A DNA stretch of 64,000 nucleotides from a virus, in the IMG/VR virus record IMGVR_UViG_3300025131_000006; one strand, given 5' to 3'. Each line of letters begins with the position of its first letter. Position 1 is the stretch's first letter. The notes beneath the pieces were generated by a model. It ran no database searches. It was given only the letters and a program-made list of their open reading frames with translations, and was not told where the DNA came from. The translations under genes were made by a program, and so were the position numbers. Positions 28,277 through 39,100 of this stretch are shown piece by piece.

Positions 28277-30145
28277 TCAGATCTCGCACACTCCACCAGC
28301 ACAAGCCTGTGTTTGACGGACTTCCGTGCCATCCTCCCACTCTTTGACGTCCGATACTTTCATTTTGTGGACGTTTGCGGCCAGTCTCTCCCATTCTTCG
28401 TCGGGTATTTGTTGGTACACTAGCTGCTCGAAGTCGGTGTCGTCTTGTTGCGGGAAGACACTGATCGCCGTGTAGCTGTCGCGGTGTTCCCACATCCACT
28501 CGCCGACATCGTCCCACTCGTTTTGCCCCACATAGACGGTGGCAGACACATTGTTTTGGTTGTCGCCTTCGCGGTGGCCGGGTTCGATCCAATCTTGGTG
28601 GAACCGACGGATTCGCTCCAACAGGTCGATGGGGGATTCGGTGCTGCGGCTACTGCCGCTGCCGCTGTGGACCAAGGGGATATTGATGAATGCCTCTCTG
28701 TCAGGGACATACACGGAGTCTTCCACGAGTTCTGGTGCGACTGCCATGGCATGTTCATAGATTGCACTGCCCTTATTCAGGGTCAGGCGTCGAATGTACC
28801 GACCGTGACGCTCCGGGCTATGGATGCCACATGGGACGCCTCCCAATCGCAAGGAGGAGGTTCCTTCGGGCTTCAGCAAGGTTGTGCGCTTGGCCGGATT
28901 GATTCCCAAGATTTTGGCCATGCGTGCGTTCTCCTCCAGCACGACGCGGGCGGCAGCTTGCAGATCCAATCTTTCGACGTTGCCTGCGGTGATGCCCGTC
29001 ATGGAGATGCCAATGAGGGCGTCTTCGTCGGTGCGCTCTTTCCATTCAGGTCGCAGCAGGTGAAAGTCGGTGTAGGTGGCCTGGATCGTGGCAATCCGTG
29101 CAGCCATTCGTGCTCTGTGTTCCAGATCAGATTGACATTCAATGGTGGATGCGTTTATCGTGGCAAGGTTACAAAACGTATAGAAACGGAGGCTTGCCTC
29201 AAGGCATGGATTAAATAACCAATCCAGGTTATGGGTCCAAAAGATGGCGGGCTCGCCGTATTTGGATTGAGCGATAATCTCCCAGTATTTCCAGAAGGAG
29301 GACTCGTCGTGCTCCGAGCGGAGGAGGGCAGCATCTATATTGGCCATGCGGCGCCAAGGGTGGGTTTCGGTCCAATTGCCTGCTTTGTAGTGGAGCATGC
29401 GAGGATCGTCGTGGGAGAAGATGCAAACATAAGAGGAACGGCGAACACCACCAGACAGGACCGCTTCCGCGAAGTGACACATGATGTCGGAGGCTTCATC
29501 GGTTTCCAACTGTTGGCCCGGTTTCTTGTCGGCCAGGATGCTCTCGACTCGTTGGAGGGCGTCGAGTAGGGGGTTGGGTCCGGGGGCTCGACCTCCTGTT
29601 GTGCTCAGGAAAGATCCTGCCGGTCGGACGTCGGAGGGATCGAATCGAGGCCTGGGGTCGCCGCAGAAGTAAGCGCAGAGGAGGGCGTCGAGCGCTTCGG
29701 CCCATCCTTCGATGGTGTCCACGATCAGGTATCTGCGATCGAGTCGTGGTCTTTGGATAGGGGGGAGTTGGGCGACGTGTTGGCGTTGAACGGAGTATCC
29801 GACACCGCATCCGCTCAGGAGGAGAAAAAATGCCTCAGTGAAGGCTCGCGGGTGGATAATGGCAGTCGCCGAGCAGTTGTACAAGCGGGCCGGATTCTTG
29901 ATGATCGGGTCGCCGCCGTACTGAAGAGAGCGCATAGAGGGGAGAACTTTATCGTCGTAGACCAATTGAAACGCTTCGCGGATCGGATCGGCCAAATGGG
30001 GCAGCTTCCGAATGTGCATGGTTTCGGTGCGAGATACATTCTCTCTAGGGGTCTCCCTTCGATGCAGTTCCTTCAAGTATTTTGCGTACTTGTCGAAGTG
30101 GATTAGTTGTTTGAGTAAGGTGCGGGCATTAGCGTCTTGACTCAT
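28277..30145 (-). CDS. nrdJ: Class II (B12-dependent) ribonucleotide reductase
   Basis: LYNC, GCGVG, GGVRRS, NPCLE, CNL, KPEGT, C-terminal CAGGVCEI. Confidence 0.9.
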   Translation of the reverse strand: MSQDANARTLLKQLIHFDKYAKYLKELHRRETPRENVSRTETMHIRKLPHLADPIREAFQLVYDDKVLPSMRSLQYGGDPIIKNPARLYNCSATAIIHPRAFTEAFFLLLSGCGVGYSVQRQHVAQLPPIQRPRLDRRYLIVDTIEGWAEALDALLCAYFCGDPRPRFDPSDVRPAGSFLSTTGGRAPGPNPLLDALQRVESILADKKPGQQLETDEASDIMCHFAEAVLSGGVRRSSYVCIFSHDDPRMLHYKAGNWTETHPWRRMANIDAALLRSEHDESSFWKYWEIIAQSKYGEPAIFWTHNLDWLFNPCLEASLRFYTFCNLATINASTIECQSDLEHRARMAARIATIQATYTDFHLLRPEWKERTDEDALIGISMTGITAGNVERLDLQAAARVVLEENARMAKILGINPAKRTTLLKPEGTSSLRLGGVPCGIHSPERHGRYIRRLTLNKGSAIYEHAMAVAPELVEDSVYVPDREAFINIPLVHSGSGSSRSTESPIDLLERIRRFHQDWIEPGHREGDNQNNVSATVYVGQNEWDDVGEWMWEHRDSYTAISVFPQQDDTDFEQLVYQQIPDEEWERLAANVHKMKVSDVKEWEDGTEVRQTQACAGGVCEI

Positions 30146-30243
30146 GCACTTTCTCCGTTGAATTGTCTTGTGATTTTAAGAGGATAAGGTGTGTTTCATG
30201 CGAGCCGAATCTCTGGGAGAAGAACATGAACCACAGACCTACC

Positions 30244-30273
30244 ATGCTATCCAATTTTATTGGGTCATGTCAA
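30244..30273 (-). promoter_or_regulatory. Sigma70-type promoter for nrdJ
   Basis: Minus strand TTGACA-18 nt-TAGCAT. Confidence 0.5.
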
Positions 30274-30424
30274 TTTGTTTTGGGTGGGTTGAGGCTCCTT
30301 GTGAACACTCGAATCCCTTGACAATCCTGCGTTATTGAGGAATAAAAAAAACTGGTAGAAGCCCCCGTGTATAGACTTCTGTTCGGAGTTGCATAGACTT
30401 CGTGAATCCAAAGAGAGAACTCAT

Positions 30425-30703
30425 ATGCCGCTGTATTTGAATGGGAAAGAAGTTTCTGGACACGCTCTTGACGTTGAGGGGTTTGAGCCAGGGGTAAACG
30501 ATCCTGCTGAGTTGCACTTGGTGGATGGGTTCAAAGACAAGGATCTCGTCTATGTCGAGTCTCTGGATCGTCTCTTTCGGTACGAGGACACATCGACGGC
30601 ATCGGATGACGGAGGTGGTGTCCTCGAAGAGGAGGAGGAAATGAGCGAACTCGAAAGACTTCGTCTCCGTGTTGCAGAGCTTGAGTCCGGTGATAAAGTT
30701 TAG
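30425..30703 (+). CDS. Small hypothetical (possibly virion) protein
   Basis: ORF; stop lies inside the palindrome. Confidence 0.6.
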   Translation: MPLYLNGKEVSGHALDVEGFEPGVNDPAELHLVDGFKDKDLVYVESLDRLFRYEDTSTASDDGGGVLEEEEEMSELERLRLRVAELESGDKV

Positions 30704-30712
30704 CGACTGAAC
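30698..30712. repeat. Dispersed palindrome copy 9 (GTTTAGCGACTGAAC)
   Basis: Contains a TAG stop. Confidence 0.85.
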
Positions 30713-30745
30713 AATTTTAGAAAATAACGGGCAGGAAGATATGAG

Positions 30746-31414
30746 GTGAGAGTCTTGTTCTTTTTGTCCGCGATGCCGCCAGAGCACGCCAAGTGGATTC
30801 AACTGACCATCTTGGTTTTGATTGTTTGTATGGCGATCGGTCGTGTGTTGATCGCTGCCAAAGATGGCCAGGGCAACACGAGTTCTTCGTTGACGGGGAT
30901 GCAGATCACAACGTTTGTGATTTTTGCTGTCGTGATGATTGATACATTTAACGATCGATCTTTCCGGGATTTCGATGCATCTTCCATTGTGGGGAAGGTT
31001 ACAGGTAAGCGAGGGAGGCGGGGCCGGGTGGCCAGGGCGTCGGGGGTTCGGACGGAGCGATCCACCTCACGTTCTGTGATCAAGGAGAAGTATTGGCTCT
31101 TGGCTATGGTCTTCTTGGCTTACTGCGTACTGTTTTTGTTATCCCATCGGAAGAAAGACATGAGGGATTGGACAGTAAAGGGAGCGATGGCGATAAGGGG
31201 GAACGACCCGTACGAGCATATCGTTGATGAGACGTTGGTTGCTATTCTCAGGGATAGTCCGGACGATCCGGACATCCAAGACTTTTTCATTCGGGGGATG
31301 TTGGCCAAGAAGGGGCAGGCGGTCGCGGCGGGGGGAGAGTCGGGGGAGAGCCAGAAGAAAGAAGATCCTCCTCCCTTTAAGCCTCCTTCGACTCCATTTT
31401 TGGATGACAAGTGA
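30746..31414 (+). CDS. Membrane protein (about 3 TM helices)
   Basis: Three long hydrophobic segments. Confidence 0.65.
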   Translation: MRVLFFLSAMPPEHAKWIQLTILVLIVCMAIGRVLIAAKDGQGNTSSSLTGMQITTFVIFAVVMIDTFNDRSFRDFDASSIVGKVTGKRGRRGRVARASGVRTERSTSRSVIKEKYWLLAMVFLAYCVLFLLSHRKKDMRDWTVKGAMAIRGNDPYEHIVDETLVAILRDSPDDPDIQDFFIRGMLAKKGQAVAAGGESGESQKKEDPPPFKPPSTPFLDDK

Positions 31415-31418
31415 GCGA

Positions 31419-32189
31419 CTAGGGGTTTTGGCGGGCTCGATAGACGATGTGGGTGATAGAGACAGACATCTCTATAGTGGCACTGTCGGTGGTGGCTTTG
31501 ATAGCATCGCCAGGGTTGATGAGGAAGTGGTCTGTCAGGGTGGCGTCATCAGTCGTGTTGTTGAGGGGGATAACGCGCTGCTCGCTTCCGTCTCGCCTCA
31601 CGATATAGATGCCGCTTGTTGCGCCGCGAGCACCAGGCTCGACGCCTCCGTGATTCCGGAAGTGTATAGAGGTGACGGTGACAGGGTAGTTGAATGACCA
31701 ATATCCACCTCTTGTGGGGATAGTGGGAGGAGCGGCAGATCCAGGGTCTCCTTGGATGTCTTGATCGGGGGTTCCGCCAAGGAAGTCGTTTCCAGCCGCG
31801 ATGCGTTGTGTGTCGGTGCGTCCGGTCATCGATGCAGGCAAGGGCTGATTTCTCTGGTTGACCAGCTTGCCCTCTTGGCGCCGGATGCCAGCCCCTTCTT
31901 TAAATAACGTCAGGGTCATAGCCTTGGACTTTCGACCGTCCGATGGATTTGTGACTATGACGGGCTTGTCGCCGACGCCCATTGTGTTGGTCAAGACGAT
32001 CTTGAGTTCGTTGGCGGAGTTGAAGGTTGTTGTGAGCGGTGCGATACCGTCCACGGTCACAGTGCTGCCAGACTCAAAGTTTTCGCCTTGCACCAATATG
32101 GTTGCCGAGGTGAGTTGGGGAGCGGTGGGGTGCCGCAGGCTGTGGATAATAGGGAAAACAGGTCTACTCATGATCGATGTCCTCGGCAT
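31419..32189 (-). CDS. IPT/TIG (Ig-like) domain protein
   Basis: ILVQGENFESGSTVTVDG...VIVTNPSDG. Confidence 0.7.
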   Translation of the reverse strand: MPRTSIMSRPVFPIIHSLRHPTAPQLTSATILVQGENFESGSTVTVDGIAPLTTTFNSANELKIVLTNTMGVGDKPVIVTNPSDGRKSKAMTLTLFKEGAGIRRQEGKLVNQRNQPLPASMTGRTDTQRIAAGNDFLGGTPDQDIQGDPGSAAPPTIPTRGGYWSFNYPVTVTSIHFRNHGGVEPGARGATSGIYIVRRDGSEQRVIPLNNTTDDATLTDHFLINPGDAIKATTDSATIEMSVSITHIVYRARQNP

Positions 32190-32859
32190 CTATGATTTCG
32201 GAAGTTCTGCCCGAAAAGTCGGAGAGGTCAAGCTCTCCGGCTTCGTCTGTCAGGGGTTGCAACTCAGGGGTTGGCTCATTCACCTCAGTGGGAATCAGGC
32301 TTAAGGTGTCTGCTGTGATGGGCGGCAGGCTGTGGTAGTTTTTGTCTGTGGGCATCATGTCCATGAGTTCTTCTGCGGGAACCCCCATGCGTTGACTTAG
32401 CACATCAAAGGTCATGGCGTCCAATGCAGCGACGTTGAATTCAGCACTCATGAAGACAGACGGACCTCCACCGAGAGAGTGTTTGTGATCGTATTGCTTG
32501 GGTTCGACGTGCAGCATTCCACGATCGCTCAGGAAGCTGGCCTCGTCTTTGTTGATTTGTAGCATCAGCTTCATGGCACGTGCTTTGTCGGATGGAGTAT
32601 GGGAGGTCCGGTACATCGACCAGGTCTCTTCGCGGAGAGCCCTGAACCGGGACATTGCGATGGCGACATAGTCTTCGTTTTGGATCGCGGATATGGCGGT
32701 TTTGGCCTCTTCAGCGAACTCCGTCAGGTATCCACGCACTGTTGATACGTTGAGGCCCATGATCATCGCGATCTCGGCTTCTGATATGCCGCGTACGCTC
32801 ATGGCAAAGGCTTGTCTTTTTCTTTCTTCGGATTCCATGGACATAGGTTTTCTCCGCAA
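32164..32859 (-). CDS. Putative terminase small subunit / HTH protein
   Basis: N-terminal HTH (ISEAEIAMIMGLNVSTVRGYL) followed by a helical oligomerisation-like region. Confidence 0.55.
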   Translation of the reverse strand: MRRKPMSMESEERKRQAFAMSVRGISEAEIAMIMGLNVSTVRGYLTEFAEEAKTAISAIQNEDYVAIAMSRFRALREETWSMYRTSHTPSDKARAMKLMLQINKDEASFLSDRGMLHVEPKQYDHKHSLGGGPSVFMSAEFNVAALDAMTFDVLSQRMGVPAEELMDMMPTDKNYHSLPPITADTLSLIPTEVNEPTPELQPLTDEAGELDLSDFSGRTSEIIDAEDIDHE

Positions 32860-32919
32860 TGCAGTCTGGGTGAATGTTACTCTGCTCCAGAAAATATCTC
32901 AACCAACGCATGTGAAAAA

Positions 32920-32934
32920 ATTTAGTCACTAAAC
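32920..32934. repeat. Dispersed palindrome copy 10 (ATTTAGTCACTAAAC)
   Basis: In the divergent promoter region upstream of the ParB-like gene. Confidence 0.85.
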
Positions 32935-33031
32935 GTTCAGATAGGAAATCAGCGTGTATATATATACTGCGAACGAAGACAAGCGTCGTTGATGTTGTGT
33001 CAACACAAACAGTCCTGTGTCAGGAGCGGAT

Positions 33032-34114
33032 ATGTCGAAAAAGAAAGCCGAAGAGTCTGTGGCCCCGTCGGGGTTGATGACAGACGCCGATGTTTTGTAC
33101 CTCCCGAAAGTGGATGGTCAGTCCTTTACGCAAGCACAGATCCCGTGGGTTCGCATTGAGCAGCACCCGGACTTTCCCAATTCTCGCGAAAGCTTGGGTG
33201 ATGTCCGGGGGTTGGAGGCCGGGATTGACGAGTTGGGGTTAGAGAGCCCGATCGTCGTGTGGCGGCAAGTCGAGGAGGGAGAGCCCGATCGCTTCTTTCT
33301 GATCAGTGGGTTCCGACGTCACCACGCTCTGCAAAACCTCGCAGCGGAAGATCCTGTTGGTTTCAACAATGTGTTTCCGCGAATCCCTGTGCATATCTTC
33401 GAGGGAAAGGTGGACGATGCGATGTTCCACAACTTGAGCGAAAACTCGAATCGCTCTAACCCTAACATGGTCGAGTTTGGGTTGTACGTCGATCGCTTGA
33501 TCGCACGAGGGCACAGGCAGGCTGAGATCGCCGAGCGAGTGGGTCGATCCAAGGGATGGGTGAGCGGTTGCCGAAAGTTCGCGACCTCCAAAGAAGTCCA
33601 CCCGGACACACGGATGGCGATTCGAAACGGAGTGATCGATTACAATATGGGGTATCGTCTGTCGCGAAAGCCGCTCAAGGATCAGCAGGCTTTCATCAGC
33701 GAGCTTACGGCACTGATCAAGGAGTTCGGAGAGGACGCACCAGAGGTTCGCGAGAAGAAAAAGTCGGCCAAGGCTGCTGCGACTACTACGAAGCCGCGTG
33801 GTCGATTGGCATTGCGGCGTCAGTTGGCCTTGATCTCCGAAATGGACTTGTCGGAACACGACAGGGCCTTGGATACGCTGTGGGACGGGTTGGACAAGGA
33901 TGACCGATCCCTGCTGGCTCTGGTCATGGAAATGGTTCACTATTTTGGTGTGATCAAGGGACTCACGTACGCCGACGGTTTCGACATCGATTGGGAGAAG
34001 TCAAGACCTCCGTTTGTGATCGAACCGGATGCCTTGGACATCACGACTGTGGTGAGTGAGGATGGAGCGACGAGTACACCGTATGTTCCCCCGAAGGAGG
34101 CGAAAGAAGCCTAA
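33032..34114 (+). CDS. ParB/Spo0J-like protein
   Basis: NSR, GLESPIVV, LISGFRRH (ParB box II), SENSNR, HTH RQAEIAERVGRSKGWVS. Confidence 0.85.
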   Translation: MSKKKAEESVAPSGLMTDADVLYLPKVDGQSFTQAQIPWVRIEQHPDFPNSRESLGDVRGLEAGIDELGLESPIVVWRQVEEGEPDRFFLISGFRRHHALQNLAAEDPVGFNNVFPRIPVHIFEGKVDDAMFHNLSENSNRSNPNMVEFGLYVDRLIARGHRQAEIAERVGRSKGWVSGCRKFATSKEVHPDTRMAIRNGVIDYNMGYRLSRKPLKDQQAFISELTALIKEFGEDAPEVREKKKSAKAAATTTKPRGRLALRRQLALISEMDLSEHDRALDTLWDGLDKDDRSLLALVMEMVHYFGVIKGLTYADGFDIDWEKSRPPFVIEPDALDITTVVSEDGATSTPYVPPKEAKEA

Positions 34115-34506
34115 TGGCAGAGCAAGGCAAGGCTGTCGCAGCGGTTATCCCTGTGACAGATGCGTGGAATGCTGTCGTGTTGGAAGACGGAAACGTTTTA
34201 ATGCAGCACCGAATGGCATTTATCCAAGGCACCCCGGACTATGTGGATTTGAGTGACCCAAGTGAGCATGACCAACTTGTATTGGAGGAGCTTCAAAAGA
34301 TGGACTCCGAGCGAGTGTTGGTTCGATGTCTGTACTTGGGAGAGGATGGTTCGGTATCTTACGATGTTCACGGGGTCTCGCCTATGGGGATTCCGGTAGA
34401 TCCGTTCACGGCGTTGGGCTCAGCAGGACCAAGTGCGGGTCGGTATATCCGGCGAGAGCAGCGTAATTTTGAGACATCTCATGTCATGGTGCCAGATTCA
34501 ACGTAG
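34114..34506 (+). CDS. Hypothetical protein
   Basis: TAATG-coupled ORF. Confidence 0.6.
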   Translation: MAEQGKAVAAVIPVTDAWNAVVLEDGNVLMQHRMAFIQGTPDYVDLSDPSEHDQLVLEELQKMDSERVLVRCLYLGEDGSVSYDVHGVSPMGIPVDPFTALGSAGPSAGRYIRREQRNFETSHVMVPDST

Positions 34507-34626
34507 AGGTGTAGGTTTCCCCAAGAGAGGGGGTCTCTTGGGGATAACTCTTGTTGAATTCGTGGTTTTCGTGTACGCTTCTGTGTAAAAGGAGCCCGTT
34601 TTATCAGGGCAGCACAGGAGAGCATT

Positions 34627-35328
34627 ATGCGAAAAAGCCAATTAGCTTCAAAACAAGGTCTTCCTCCCGGAGCGGGGATTGCCCCGCCTGCCGCGTTGCA
34701 GGCGGTTCGCGAGTTCATGCCAGGGCATGACGCCGTTGCGGTTCAATCGAACAACCAAGACGCCACTTTGGCGAATGCGATTGACAATATGCCGGGTCGG
34801 CAGATGAGTCGAGAAGACCGAATGGACCGTCGAGCAGAAGGTGTTCGTCAAGACGCAGCACATTTGCGTCGTGAGACGAACACGGGTGCGACGCATCGCC
34901 GCAGTCGATACAAAGGTCGAACTGCCGAGTATGGGACCGCAGCGGAGCGATTTGCTCGCCGTGCGGCCCAAAATCAATCAACACTCGATACCCACCAGGC
35001 GTTCTACGAAGGCGGCGAAGTCGAGGAGGTCGAACAGGGTTCGGTGGATATGGTTCCGTTTGTGTCGGGCGAGGTCACGGCAGAGCAGCAGCAAAACCTG
35101 CAAGATGAAGCCGCTTCTCTGAATATCTCGGCGGCCGATCGGTTTGCGAGTCGGGTGAAGTCGAAAGACTCTCTTGGTTCTCGGCGTCGTCGGAATCGCG
35201 ATGCACTGCGGGCCGAGATGGAAGCGGATGGACTTTTGGAACCGGAAGCGTCTTCCGGAGAGTCCTCCTCTGAGTCGAACTCTGAGATCGCGGGCCAAGA
35301 GTTGAAGGCAATACCTTCCTTGCTTTAG
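34627..35328 (+). CDS. Hypothetical low-complexity protein (putative virion)
   Basis: GGAG RBS; located in the head module. Confidence 0.65.
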   Translation: MRKSQLASKQGLPPGAGIAPPAALQAVREFMPGHDAVAVQSNNQDATLANAIDNMPGRQMSREDRMDRRAEGVRQDAAHLRRETNTGATHRRSRYKGRTAEYGTAAERFARRAAQNQSTLDTHQAFYEGGEVEEVEQGSVDMVPFVSGEVTAEQQQNLQDEAASLNISAADRFASRVKSKDSLGSRRRRNRDALRAEMEADGLLEPEASSGESSSESNSEIAGQELKAIPSLL

Positions 35329-35334
35329 GGTTGT

Positions 35335-35349
35335 GTTCAGTCACTAAAC
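35335..35349. repeat. Dispersed palindrome copy 11 (GTTCAGTCACTAAAC)
   Basis: Intergenic. Confidence 0.9.
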
Positions 35350-35402
35350 TCTTTCGGCAGATTTGATTTCTCTGACTTCTCTTTGTTCCAAGGGGCACTC
35401 CG

Positions 35403-36197
35403 ATGTCAAAGCAGGGGCAGCAGGCATTCCCGGTCGTTCGGGATCGCGAAACATCGGGCAATAGCACAGGTGGTGTTGCACCTCCGGGGTACGGAGCGCA
35501 CGACAAAGAAGATCATTTGTGGATTATTCCCAAGTTCGCGATCCACCCGATCACAAAGAGGTTGGAGGCCACGGCAGGGTTGTTTTATCGAATGTGGCCA
35601 GAGCATGTCTCTGCGTTGTTGGAGATGCGTGACGAGGGATGGCCGCACATTGAGATTGTTCGAGTTGCCAAGGAGTTCTGGGGTCGTCAACAAGAGGCGT
35701 ATCAGAAAGATGAAGCCTTGGTGCAGCAGTACAAAGAGCAGTCTCACTCGCAGCGAATGCAGGAAGGGCAGAATTTGCAGGCGGGTGCAGCAGGTCTGTT
35801 GCCACCGGAAGTGGCACAGCAGATGGAGCAGGGACAGGAAGATCCCGAATTGCAACGCAGCTTATCTTTAATGCCGACGTCGGAGTATCGTCGGGCGTTG
35901 GCAGAGTATAAAGATAAGCATAGCCAGGGTCGTCGGCACGGTCGGCGTCCGCCATTTACACGAAGTCAGCGAGGTTCTGCCATGGAAACGATGACACGAA
36001 GACAGCACCGTTCATGGGGGAGGGGTGGTGGTTTCGCTGTTCTGACCAAAGCAGATGTCACCGGGGAAGAGGTCGATACGCCGAAAAGATTGCGCGATAA
36101 GCGCGAGATGTCTTTTACGCGAAAAGATACAGGCGTGGCGAATGCTGCGTTCTCGGCACCGTCTGACTCAAATGTTGATCATCGAGGTACGTCGTGA
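35403..36197 (+). CDS. Hypothetical protein (putative head-associated)
   Basis: Directly upstream of portal; GGFAVLTKA motif. Confidence 0.65.
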   Translation: MSKQGQQAFPVVRDRETSGNSTGGVAPPGYGAHDKEDHLWIIPKFAIHPITKRLEATAGLFYRMWPEHVSALLEMRDEGWPHIEIVRVAKEFWGRQQEAYQKDEALVQQYKEQSHSQRMQEGQNLQAGAAGLLPPEVAQQMEQGQEDPELQRSLSLMPTSEYRRALAEYKDKHSQGRRHGRRPPFTRSQRGSAMETMTRRQHRSWGRGGGFAVLTKADVTGEEVDTPKRLRDKREMSFTRKDTGVANAAFSAPSDSNVDHRGTS

Positions 36198-39100
36198 GTC
36201 TGTCGAGTTTCTATACGAATTCGGGAAAAGCACAGACGATGACGGAGGCTCCTGTCAGGAGAGCTTCTATTGTTGCTCCAGGGTTGCCGGTTGTGTCGGG
36301 TGGCAGTAAGGGGCAACCCATTGTTAATGATGGACTCCGTTTAGTTGGAGGGTTGGATGTGTTGTCTACGAATTTGGGTATGGAGCCCGGATTCAAGGCT
36401 GCTAAGAGCCATGGAGCTTCGCAACAACTCAAGCGTCTCCCCGCAACAACAGACCTCACAGCGGCTCGCGGCCCGCGAGCACGCTTCTTTGACCCTCTTT
36501 CCTTGGTCTATGCTTCAGGGTATCGCGATCGTCGCTTCAGCTTGACCTATGACACGATACGCCGAACGGTGTATCAGTTGTCATTATTGGGCTCTATTAT
36601 CCTGACGCGGATCTACCAGGTTGCTTCGTTTGCACAGCCGTATCGCGAGAACCAACAGATTGGCTTCAAAATTGGCTACAAGGACGACACGTATATTCCG
36701 CGAGAAGAGCAGCGTCGCGAGATAGTCGAGCTGGAGAGGATGGTTATGGCGTGTGGGTTTGATCGGAACCCACACAACACGGAGCCTCGCGATGACTTTG
36801 AGACATTCTTGAAGAAAATCACCCGCGACTCTTTGCAGTTTGATCAGATGTGTGCCGTTAAAGGCACTTGGGTTGAGCTTGCTGATGGTACAGGAGTTCC
36901 CGTTGAGTGTATTGAATCTGGAATGGTGGTGCGCTCTCACAATGGGGTGGAGCGAGAAGTTATCCATCCCACCTCACGGCTCTATTCAGGTGAGATGGTT
37001 GAGATTCAGGTGCGAGGACAACGGTTAAATGTGACCACAGGCCATCCTTTGTTGGTGGCAAAGAGGTCTTCGGTTGATGGAAACGCGGTGGCTTTCAAAG
37101 AGCCTGAGTGGATCGCCGCTGGCGAAGTGACAGATCGGGATTACGCACTCTACCCAAGACCGCTCTTGGGCAGAGAAGATATATCCTTGGATGTATTCGC
37201 CCAAGAGCCAAGGAAATTCCCTGTTGGCCCAATGGATCGTTTAGTGGAGTTGGCTGATTGTCATCCAAAAACGGCCAGAGATATTCTTTCGGGAACGTAC
37301 AAGAAGAATGGGCTACTTGTTGCCGAGGTGAAGGCACTTGCCAAAGAGCTTGGTGTCTCTATGGAGTACAAGAGAACTTGGCAACCTAAGACGGAATTGA
37401 CGACTGCTTGGGGAAGGTTTCTTGGGTTGTATTGTGCTGAAGGGCATGTGCAGGGTACATCGGTACGTTTGACATTCCATGAAGACGAAGCGGGTCTCGT
37501 TGAATTCGTCCGAAGCTTTGGTTCACTGTATGGTATCGAAAGTTCAGTCACTGAATATCTTGACCGTGCAGGAGTAACGGTTATTCTTTACTCTTCTGCA
37601 CTCGCTGAGTTTTTGAAAAATCATTGTGGTACAGGCTCCAGCGAAAAGAGAGTCCCATCATTCATACTTGGTGCTCAGAAGATGGTGAAGGAGCATTTTC
37701 TTTTGGGTTACTTGGAGGGTGATGGTCATCTCAAAAAGACAACAGCCCACTTCACCACGACCTCACGCAATTTGTTTACAGGTCTTCGCCTTCTCTTTGC
37801 GGATCAGGGCATCTATGTTGCAGAGGTGAAAGTACCCTCTGCAAGAGAACAGTGGGACGAACAATATGCTGGTTCGTTGTCAGGCCCGGCTTATCGAACG
37901 TTGGCTCGGAGTTTGGGTTTACCTGTGGAGGAACCCAGTAAAGAGCGCAAGTCGTACCATGTGGGAGAGAAGTTCTTTTATGTGAAGGTCTCTGCTGTTC
38001 GCAAGTACGAAGTGGAGAACTTGCGTGTCTTCAATATGGAGGTGGAGGAAGACCACAGCTACGTGGCAGAGGGAATTGTCAACCACAATTGTTTTGAGAT
38101 CGTGCCCGATTCGAAGGGCCGACCTGCTGAGTTCCACGCAGTAGACGCAGCAACGATCCGCTTGGCGGCAACGTACGACAACCACAAACCAGGTAAGGCT
38201 CCTCGCAAGTTTCATTCGGCAGAGTTCTCCGAAGATTGGAAGCAAGAGCGGGACTTGGGCGAAGACTTTGTGGTGCAAGATGACCAGATTCAGACGGTCC
38301 AGGTCATTCACGGGAAGATCGAAAACATCTTCACTGCCGGAGACATGGCGTTTGGGATTCGCAATCCGAGGTCGGATCTGTGGGTCAACGGATATGGTTT
38401 CTCCGAGACAGAGATGTGCTTGAGCACGGTTTTGCGAATGCTGTGGTCCGAAGAGTATAACGCTCGAAACTTCCGCCAGGGGAACATGAGCGGTGGCTTC
38501 TTGAACCTGAAAGGGGAGACGTACGATCCCGGAACCATCGAGACTTTTAAGCGGGTCATTCGTGCGAATGCATTGGGGTGGGAGAACGCACACCGCGTGC
38601 CTATCTTGCAGATCCCTGAAGGCATCGAGTTCGTCAATCTCCAGCGAGGCAATCGCGAGATGGAGTATGGTCGTTGGCAAGAGTATTTGCTGAAGATCAT
38701 CTCTGGCGTTTACCAAATCGACCCGGCTGAGATCAACTTTGATATTGGGAAAGCAAGCTCCCAAGGCCAGCCGATGTTCGAGAACAAGGCTGAATGGAAA
38801 ATCAAGTATTCGAAAGACAAGGGATTGCGACCGCTTTTGCGTTTCTTGGCTCGGCAGATTTCGAAGTACATCATTGAGCCCCTGAACCCCGATCTGTATT
38901 TCGATTTCGTGGGCTTGGACAAGATGAGCGAGCCGGAAAGGATCGATCTTTTGACGCGACAGGTTACGACGTATTTGACGATCAACGAAGGTCGCGAGAA
39001 AGAGGGTCGAGACCCGGTTGTCGGCGGCGACGTGATCTTGAATCCTGTTTATTTTCAAGCCAAGGCTCAAGCGGAGCAGGTTCCGATCAAGGCAGACAAT

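Noticed and set aside
30146-30330. Cobalamin riboswitch upstream of nrdJ
   Set aside because: Leader from the predicted promoter is only about 90 nt and no B12-box was recognised.
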